The position numbers and the translations under genes are program-made. From a virus (lineage: Duplodnaviria > Heunggongvirae > Uroviricota > Caudoviricetes), in the IMG/VR virus record IMGVR_UViG_2909303794_000007: DNA of 37,027 nt. The stretch is one strand, 5' to 3'. The notes under the pieces were generated by a model that worked only from the letters and a program-made list of their open reading frames with translations, had not been told where the DNA came from and did no database searches. Position 1 is the stretch's first letter; the number at the start of each line of letters is the position of its first letter. Below are positions 27,347-33,248 of the stretch, piece after piece.

Positions 27347-27703
27347 TTATTCAGTTCTGGATTTTGTCACCCTGCGTATCCGCGCTTTCGCGTTACGCTC
27401 AATCTGAATTAACTTTTCTATATTTTTCCGCCTTTCCTGTTCCTCCTGGCGCAATAGCTTTACATCATCTGCCAGCCTAGTTTCTCTTTTCGCCACAGAG
27501 AGCATCCAGTCAAATGGCTCCACAACTGCACCGCAGATTTTACAGCGGACCTGACGCTCTTTTTCGTCAACCCGGACAGAGGCGTGATGACAATATGGTC
27601 TTTCCGATGGCTCATAAAGAAAATTAACCTGATTACGAGGGTCATCCTCTTTTACCGGAAATAAAACGATATTGCTTAACTCATCCTCTGGTTTTATTTC
27701 CAT
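27347..27703 (-). CDS. Hypothetical protein with a Cys-rich zinc-ribbon-like motif (118 aa)
   Basis: ...PYCHHASVRVDEKERQVRCKICGAVVEP...; overlaps the upstream gene by 23 nt. Confidence 0.4.
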   Translation of the reverse strand: MEIKPEDELSNIVLFPVKEDDPRNQVNFLYEPSERPYCHHASVRVDEKERQVRCKICGAVVEPFDWMLSVAKRETRLADDVKLLRQEEQERRKNIEKLIQIERNAKARIRRVTKSRTE

Positions 27704-28142
27704 GCTCCTCTCCTTTGATGCGAATGCCAGCGACGCGTAATGCGTGTTCTAGGTCAATCAGGTAAAGCCAACTGCCATTTTCTTTAGGTATCATGACATG
27801 TCGCTCATCTGCATTTATCGGGTGTCCATATCGAAGGTCGTAGCGAGTCGGTAATTGAACTTCCCGCGCATCCAGTTCAGCAATACGCTTGCTCCCATCA
27901 GAGATAACGCCTTCGTAATACTCACGCTGCTCGTTGAGTTGTGATTTTGCTTCTTCCAGTCCATCCAGCAAACCAGCGATAATATCCGCTTCCCGATGAC
28001 GGATATGACGCTTAAACGCAGCAAGAGCCGCATCACAATCCTGTTCAGCATTTGGGCTGTCCGGGGTAGCCTGATACCACGCCAGCGTCGACTGATAGTT
28101 TTGTGCTGCCTCACGAAGCGCCTCATAGTTAACCTCTCTCAT
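27681..28142 (-). CDS. Hypothetical phage protein (153 aa)
   Basis: ORF whose start overlaps the stop of the DUF4406-like gene by 4 nt (28139-28142). Confidence 0.4.
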   Translation of the reverse strand: MREVNYEALREAAQNYQSTLAWYQATPDSPNAEQDCDAALAAFKRHIRHREADIIAGLLDGLEEAKSQLNEQREYYEGVISDGSKRIAELDAREVQLPTRYDLRYGHPINADERHVMIPKENGSWLYLIDLEHALRVAGIRIKGEEHGNKTRG

Positions 28143-28435
28143 TGAGCCACCTCCTGATAAATCACCGCATGCCCCAGTTTCTCCGCCAGTGCCAGCTCTG
28201 CCTTAGCGCCCGCTGACCGCTGCCAGCCATTCAGCATGTAAATCGCATCCACACAACGAATCATTGCCATGCAAATATCCATGTAGTGCGGCTGTGTCAG
28301 CCCGTCCGGAAGTACTGCCGGGTTTAAGACGGTATGCCCTTCCCGTTTCAGTTCCTCTTCCACCTTGTGAAATGCCTCACGGTTGAAATTTTCATATCCC
28401 GTCATTGGACCGGCAATATAAACTCTCACCCTCAC
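28139..28435 (-). CDS. DUF4406-like protein (nucleoside 2-deoxyribosyltransferase-like fold)
   Basis: 98 aa; MRVRVYIAGPMTGYENFNREAF...NGWQRSAGAKAELALAEKLG, the YIAGP-type motif of this family. Confidence 0.55.
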   Translation of the reverse strand: MRVRVYIAGPMTGYENFNREAFHKVEEELKREGHTVLNPAVLPDGLTQPHYMDICMAMIRCVDAIYMLNGWQRSAGAKAELALAEKLGHAVIYQEVAQ

Positions 28436-28854
28436 TCCATCACCTCCTGAAAGTTTCCCCGATAGAACGCCAGCACACGCTGCATAACTTCGCTCCTCCT
28501 GCTCTCACGACAAATTATGTTCTGGTGCCTGTCGTAGCGGCGTATTTCGCCGTCTGGTAACGACCAGATAAGGTCCGGATCAACCACTGCAGGTTTCTTC
28601 AGCTTTGCCCTTGAGAGCTTTTTACGGGTATTTTGCCAGTCCTTACGCGCCTGTTCAGACGGGAATAACCCGTAACCAGAGTTGTATACATCGCCACTGG
28701 CAACCAGCTCTCTGGCCAGAACGCTCATCAGATATCTTGTTGCCCCAGTTTTAGCTTCCAGTTGTCGTAACGTCTCGCGCCCACTCTGGCGTACGAGTTC
28801 AAGAACCTGCCCTTTAATTTTTTCCCGCTCTTCTTGTGTAAAAACTTTTGCCAC
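28432..28854 (-). CDS. Hypothetical protein (140 aa) in the position usually taken by a helicase loader
   Basis: ORF directly downstream of the O-like gene, overlapping the next gene by 4 nt; no recognisable ATPase motifs. Confidence 0.35.
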   Translation of the reverse strand: MAKVFTQEEREKIKGQVLELVRQSGRETLRQLEAKTGATRYLMSVLARELVASGDVYNSGYGLFPSEQARKDWQNTRKKLSRAKLKKPAVVDPDLIWSLPDGEIRRYDRHQNIICRESRRSEVMQRVLAFYRGNFQEVME

Positions 28855-28894
28855 AAGCCCTCCTGAAAATTACCTCATGACCAGAAATTAACAC

Positions 28895-29971
28895 TTACCC
28901 CCTGAAGCCCGGCGGAATTTCGTTATCCGGTTCAGAAATATGATTCACACAACGCTGGTTGTTCGTGCCGCTTACCGGGAGCAACCAGGGGTTCTCAAAA
29001 TTCCGGTCCGGTCCAAAAAACGTCGTCGCTCGCTGAACAAATTCCGTTCCCGTTTTCCCGGTAGCCGCCAAGTATCTTGCGTAACGCCTCACGCCATCCA
29101 GCATGGCCTCTGGTGGCACCCCCTCGCGTAATCTGGCCTTCCAGGCACTGAAAGCGGATTTCTTCGGGTTTGCCCCAGCACGCAACGGGTACTCCCGCCA
29201 GACCTGTTCGAACACATCCGGATAATCCACTCGTCCCACAGACTGACCGGTGTTTTCCGGGACTACCCGATCGGCTTCCCGCTGAATGGCGGAATCGGCT
29301 TCAGGCTGCTGAAGTTGGTGTGATTGCTCCTGCCTTGCGGTCATCACCTGCTGCACAGCGCCCGAATCGGCTTTCAGCGCATACGCTGAATCGGCTTCCG
29401 GTGTCGTGCCTGCTGGCTGACCAGGATTGACGGTCTGAACATCCCCTGCCTGGTTCGTGGCGTTTTTTACGCCATGGACCATAGTGTTTTGATCTTCTTG
29501 ATCTGTATCTTTATCTGTATCTTTATCTGTCGTGACTCGTCGTGACATGTGCGTGACATTTCGTGACTCGCCGTGACAATCGCCATTTTGTTCCCGCTTT
29601 CTTTCCCTCTCTCGCTGCGCCCTCTTGCGCTCTGCCGGAGATTTTGCGGTTTGCGAAATATTGCCGTTGTCCTCTTTCAGCACCTGGCGTTTTTCCCATC
29701 CAGTGATTAAATCACCATCAAGTACCCGCCCCTGCATCGTCTGCAAAATTGAATCAATTACCTCTTCTGTCACGTCGAGCGCACTTGCCAAATCTTCTGT
29801 CGTGACATCAATGTGACCTCGCGTGACATTTCGTGACGCGCTCACCAGGAGGTGGATATACACTGCCATCACTGTTGCAATTGGCTGCCCTGACACCCTG
29901 GCAATTGTTCGCCACTTAGGGTCATTTGGCATGTCATGCCATAATCTGAGCCAGGCGTTAGCCATACTCAC
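28895..29971 (-). CDS. Replication initiator / replisome organiser (O-like, YdaU-type N-terminus)
   Basis: 358 aa; N-terminus MSMANAWLRLWHDMPNDPKWRTIARVSG...; two iteron clusters inside the gene; sits downstream of the cro and ydaT-like genes. Confidence 0.65.
   Translation of the reverse strand: MSMANAWLRLWHDMPNDPKWRTIARVSGQPIATVMAVYIHLLVSASRNVTRGHIDVTTEDLASALDVTEEVIDSILQTMQGRVLDGDLITGWEKRQVLKEDNGNISQTAKSPAERKRAQRERERKREQNGDCHGESRNVTHMSRRVTTDKDTDKDTDQEDQNTMVHGVKNATNQAGDVQTVNPGQPAGTTPEADSAYALKADSGAVQQVMTARQEQSHQLQQPEADSAIQREADRVVPENTGQSVGRVDYPDVFEQVWREYPLRAGANPKKSAFSAWKARLREGVPPEAMLDGVRRYARYLAATGKTGTEFVQRATTFFGPDRNFENPWLLPVSGTNNQRCVNHISEPDNEIPPGFRG
29531..29840. repeat. Putative origin: two clusters of 10-11-bp-phased (C)GTGAC iterons inside the initiator gene
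   Basis: CGTGAC at 29531, 29541, 29552, 29562, 29572 and GTGAC at 29801, 29812, 29822, 29832. Confidence 0.55.
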
Positions 29972-30036
29972 CTCTTCTGATACCGAATCTTTTTACTCAC
30001 GAGTTGCCGGAAGCGATTCGATATGGCTATTGTCAG

Positions 30037-30462
30037 TCAATGAACTGCCACAGCATTTCCTGCCGGGCCACCACGGTTCATCTGATTGAAACCGGCGATT
30101 GCCACTGCTACAAAATCATCAGCGTCTCTCACCAGTCGCTCCCGCGTCTCCACCAGCTCCCGAAAATAAGCTGAACTGTGGCTGCGCATTCTGGCCACCA
30201 GCAAAGGTGGCATTGCCTTTTCGATCGCTGGTAACAACGCCTGAATTTTTTCAACTGCATCAGGGGTGTCTTTCTCTACCCAGCGGAAAATTTTCTGGGT
30301 ATTACGGGCTAGGGCTTCCGGATGGCTGTCGTCATACAGTTCCGGGAACGTCATTCCCAGCTCGAAATACGCTTTGGTAATTTTCGCAGCCGGTACTTTT
30401 TCGCCGTCCGGATGCGCCCAGACATTCATCGCCATGCGGATGTGTTCATGCTTGATTTTCAT
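30037..30462 (-). CDS. YdaT-like protein (cII position)
   Basis: 141 aa starting MKIKHEHI..., as I recall for Rac YdaT; immediately downstream of the cro-like gene. Confidence 0.5.
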   Translation of the reverse strand: MKIKHEHIRMAMNVWAHPDGEKVPAAKITKAYFELGMTFPELYDDSHPEALARNTQKIFRWVEKDTPDAVEKIQALLPAIEKAMPPLLVARMRSHSSAYFRELVETRERLVRDADDFVAVAIAGFNQMNRGGPAGNAVAVH

Positions 30463-30674
30463 GAATCATTCTTTCCTTCGTTTGAGGTGCTATCCTGCTT
30501 CTTGTAAAGTTCTGGGTTGTATTTCAATTCACCGTTAGTAATTTCATCCAGTTCCATTGCGCGAAGTTTGGGAATAACTGCTTTCCACCGCACAACAGCC
30601 ACATGTGAAATTCCAAGAGCCTCAGCTACTAGTCGCTTTTTTTTGAAATAGCGCAGAACATCATCTTTGAACAT
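30459..30674 (-). CDS. cro: Cro-like (YdaS-type) HTH regulator
   Basis: 71 aa with HTH (RLVAEALGISHVAVVRW); divergent from the repressor gene. Confidence 0.7.
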   Translation of the reverse strand: MFKDDVLRYFKKKRLVAEALGISHVAVVRWKAVIPKLRAMELDEITNGELKYNPELYKKQDSTSNEGKNDS

Positions 30675-30703
30675 AAAACTCTCCTGTTATTTCGAGTAGA
30701 AGG

Positions 30704-30765
30704 GTAACAATAGTTACATAACAATGTCAACCATAGCAACATCACTTGGTAGTAACATTGGTTAC
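30704..30765. promoter_or_regulatory. Immunity-region operators: two GTAAC-N4-GTTAC palindromes between the cro-like gene and cI
   Basis: GTAACAATAGTTAC (30704-30717) and GTAACATTGGTTAC (30752-30765); the second abuts the cI ATG. Confidence 0.6.
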
Positions 30766-31440
30766 ATGAAAAACACTATCAGCGAACGTATTCGGAATCG
30801 TCGAAAAGACGTTGGATTAACCCAACAGCAGGTTGCGAAAGCAATCGGCATATCTCGTGTATCCGTAACAAAATGGGAAAATGGCTCTTCAAAACCTGAC
30901 GGTGAGAATTTGTATCTACTGTCAAAATTGCTTTCCAAATCTCCTGAATGGATTCTTTATGGAAAGGACGGTCACGATAAAGCCGATGATCTGCGTCTGA
31001 ATCAGTACCCTTACATTAGTGACAACATCGCCCGGTTGCCCGTTTTAACGTGGGAACAGGCTGGTTATTGGGATATGAGTTGTCCAGTAACCGAGATTCC
31101 TGGTATTAAGAATTGGGTTGATGTCATGACAAAAACCGCTGAAAACTCTTTTTTATTGCATGTTGAGGGAGATGCGATGACAAACTCTAACGGCCTCCCA
31201 ACCATCCCCGACGGATCTACCGTGCTGATCACACCATGCTCAAGTAACATTAGAGAACTGGTGGGAAAAATAATCTTAATCCAATTGGAAGGAACGCCAA
31301 ACGTAACACTAAAAAAAGTTGCGATTGACGGACCAAACATCTATCTGTTGTCACTGAATCCGCTTTACAAACCCATCGAACTGAATGGTGGTTACACCAT
31401 TAAAGGTAAAGTTTCACAAATACATCAATACTTAGACTGA
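30766..31440 (+). CDS. cI: CI-like repressor (N-terminal HTH, C-terminal S24/LexA-like domain with GDAM in place of the usual Gxx-S-M nucleophile motif)
   Basis: HTH LTQQQVAKAIGISRVSVTKWENG; C-terminal ...LLHVEGDAMTNS...VTLKKV... aligns with LexA/lambda CI Ser-Lys dyad positions. Start taken at MKNTISER (30766); the track ORF begins at 30724. Confidence 0.8.
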   Translation: MKNTISERIRNRRKDVGLTQQQVAKAIGISRVSVTKWENGSSKPDGENLYLLSKLLSKSPEWILYGKDGHDKADDLRLNQYPYISDNIARLPVLTWEQAGYWDMSCPVTEIPGIKNWVDVMTKTAENSFLLHVEGDAMTNSNGLPTIPDGSTVLITPCSSNIRELVGKIILIQLEGTPNVTLKKVAIDGPNIYLLSLNPLYKPIELNGGYTIKGKVSQIHQYLD

Positions 31441-31446
31441 GTCAGA

Positions 31447-31473
31447 ACCCGCATTCATTGCGGGTTTTTCATG
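31447..31473 (+). terminator. Rho-independent terminator after cI
   Basis: aacccgcaTTCATtgcgggtt stem-loop followed by tttt. Confidence 0.6.
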
Positions 31474-31502
31474 CCCTCAAATGTACCTTTTGCAACATTG
31501 TA

Positions 31503-31528
31503 TTGACTCAAAAGGTAACTCTTGTTAC
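31503..31528 (+). promoter_or_regulatory. Putative PL-type promoter with a third operator palindrome
   Basis: TTGACT (31503-31508) followed by GTAACTCTTGTTAC (31515-31528), the same GTAAC-N4-GTTAC motif as at the cro/cI junction. Confidence 0.5.
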
Positions 31529-31712
31529 CTTAACAACATACCAACCCACCCCGCCCCACAGAACGCCGGGCAATACTTCGAGTTACCAAGCAGTGGTCAG
31601 GGGGTAAGTAGCCAGCCCGAGGCGTATGAACATGACGGCGGGAACACTTTGTATAACAGCGCAGCAGGTTTTTAGTTCCGCTACCCCAGCGTTAAGGGGA
31701 AATGAGGTCAGC

Positions 31713-31865
31713 ATGGATACTATCGATCTTGGCAACAACGAATCTCTGGTGTACGGCGTGTTTCCCAACCAGGACGGCACGTTTACCGCGATGACGTATA
31801 CCAGAAGCAAAACGTTTAAAACTGAAGCTGGCGCGCGTCGCTGGTTAACCAGAAACACTGACTGA
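31713..31865 (+). CDS. YdfA-like small protein (50 aa)
   Basis: MDTIDLGNNESLVYGVFPNQDGTFTAMTYTRSKTFKTEAGARRWLTRNTD resembles Qin YdfA as I recall it; GAGG Shine-Dalgarno upstream. Confidence 0.55.
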   Translation: MDTIDLGNNESLVYGVFPNQDGTFTAMTYTRSKTFKTEAGARRWLTRNTD

Positions 31866-32251
31866 TGAGGTTGACGATGGAATTTAAAGATTTACCAGTA
31901 CCATTCCAGGAAATGGCATCGAATGTGGTTCGCTCTCAACTGGCGACTCTTGACCTGAGTACCGTAGAAAAAGAAACCATCGATACTATATCCGGTAACG
32001 TGCGTCGTGCCTTTATCGGTCTGTACGAAGAGAAGCAGCTCTCTGATAACCAGGATTTACATGAAAAATACTTCCTGGAATTAATGGACATCATTAATAA
32101 AGGATTTGGCTTGTTAATGAAAAAGAAAGGGATTCGAATAGCTCCCCTTGAAAATCATTTTACAGCGAGCAGTATTAATTCCTGTGATTTAAAGCATCAC
32201 ACATCCGATGGGAAAGTTGAATCAAACAACAAAATATCAATTAATCATTAA
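31865..32251 (+). CDS. Hypothetical protein (128 aa), start overlapping the ydfA-like stop
   Basis: ORF in the left operon; ATGA start/stop overlap. Confidence 0.4.
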   Translation: MRLTMEFKDLPVPFQEMASNVVRSQLATLDLSTVEKETIDTISGNVRRAFIGLYEEKQLSDNQDLHEKYFLELMDIINKGFGLLMKKKGIRIAPLENHFTASSINSCDLKHHTSDGKVESNNKISINH

Positions 32252-32552
32252 TTTATTCACAGGTGAGGTAGAGTGCGTGCGCCGGACACGGATAAGAATC
32301 CGGCACTGACAGTTTACTGAAAAGGATATATCCCTGAAAAGTCAGGGCATAACACGAAAGCGCCCGGCGAAGTTAGTCTCTCTGTATAGGTCGTTAAATT
32401 TAATTCGATCGTGCGCTTCCGGTTGTGGCAATCCGCGAAATGGCGCGGCGGTAAGTATGGCGGGGTTATTCCTTCCCCGTTGAGGACACCGGGTTGTCAG
32501 GTTGACCATACGCTTAAGTGACAACCCCGCTGCAACGCCCTCTGTTATCAAT

Positions 32553-32608
32553 TTTCTGGTGACGTTTGGCGGTATCAGTTTTACTCCGTGACTGCTCTGC
32601 CGCCCTTT
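32553..32608 (+). ncRNA. dicF: DicF small RNA homologue (cell-division-inhibiting sRNA)
   Basis: tttctggtgacgtttggcggtatcagttttactccgtgactgctctgccgcccttttt matches DicF as I remember it (3' intrinsic terminator ggcgg...ccgcc-U5) and lies immediately upstream of dicB as in Qin. Confidence 0.6.
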
Positions 32609-32779
32609 TTAAAGTGAATTTTGTGATGCGGTGAATGCGGCTGAGCGCACGCGGAACAGTTAAAACCAAAAACAGTGTTATGGGTGGATTCTCTGTATCC
32701 GGCGTTAATTGTTAACTGGTTAACGTCACCTGGAGGCACCAGGCACCGCATCACAAAATTCATTGTTGAGGACGCGATA

Positions 32780-32968
32780 ATGGAAACGTTATTACCAAAC
32801 GTTAATACGTCTGAAGGTTGTTTTGAAATTGGTGTCACTATCAGTAACCCTGTATTTACTGAAGATGCCATTAACAAGAGAAAACACGAACGGGAGCTAT
32901 TAAATAAAATATGCATTCTTTCAATGCTGGCCCGTTTACGTCCGATACAAAAAGGATGCTGGCAATGA
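32780..32968 (+). CDS. dicB: Cell division inhibitor DicB
   Basis: METLLPNVNTSEGCFEIGVTISNPVFTEDAINKRKHERELLNKICILSMLARLRPIQKGCWQ, 62 aa, near-identical to K-12 DicB as I recall it. Confidence 0.8.
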   Translation: METLLPNVNTSEGCFEIGVTISNPVFTEDAINKRKHERELLNKICILSMLARLRPIQKGCWQ

Positions 32969-33156
32969 ATACAGCATTTGCACTTGTTCTGACAGTTTTT
33001 CTTGTTTCCGGAGAGCCAGTTGATATTGCAGTCAGTGTTCACAGGACAATGCAGGAGTGTGTGACTGCAGCAACCGAACAGAAAATTCCCGGTAACTGTT
33101 ACCCGGTCGATAAAGTTATTCACCAGGATAATAACGAAATCCCGGCAGGTCTTTAA
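32956..33156 (+). CDS. ydfD: YdfD-like small protein with N-terminal hydrophobic segment
   Basis: ...MNTAFALVLTVFLVSGEPVDIAVSVHRTMQECVTAATEQKIPGNCYPVDKVIHQDNNEIPAGL matches Qin YdfD; directly downstream of dicB. Confidence 0.65.
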   Translation: MLAMNTAFALVLTVFLVSGEPVDIAVSVHRTMQECVTAATEQKIPGNCYPVDKVIHQDNNEIPAGL

Positions 33157-33248
33157 AACAGTTCCGTAATAAACATCCGATTTCATTCTTATATGCCAGC
33201 AATGGCAGGGATTTGTTCACCCTTAAATCTGTAATGAGGTAAAACAAA

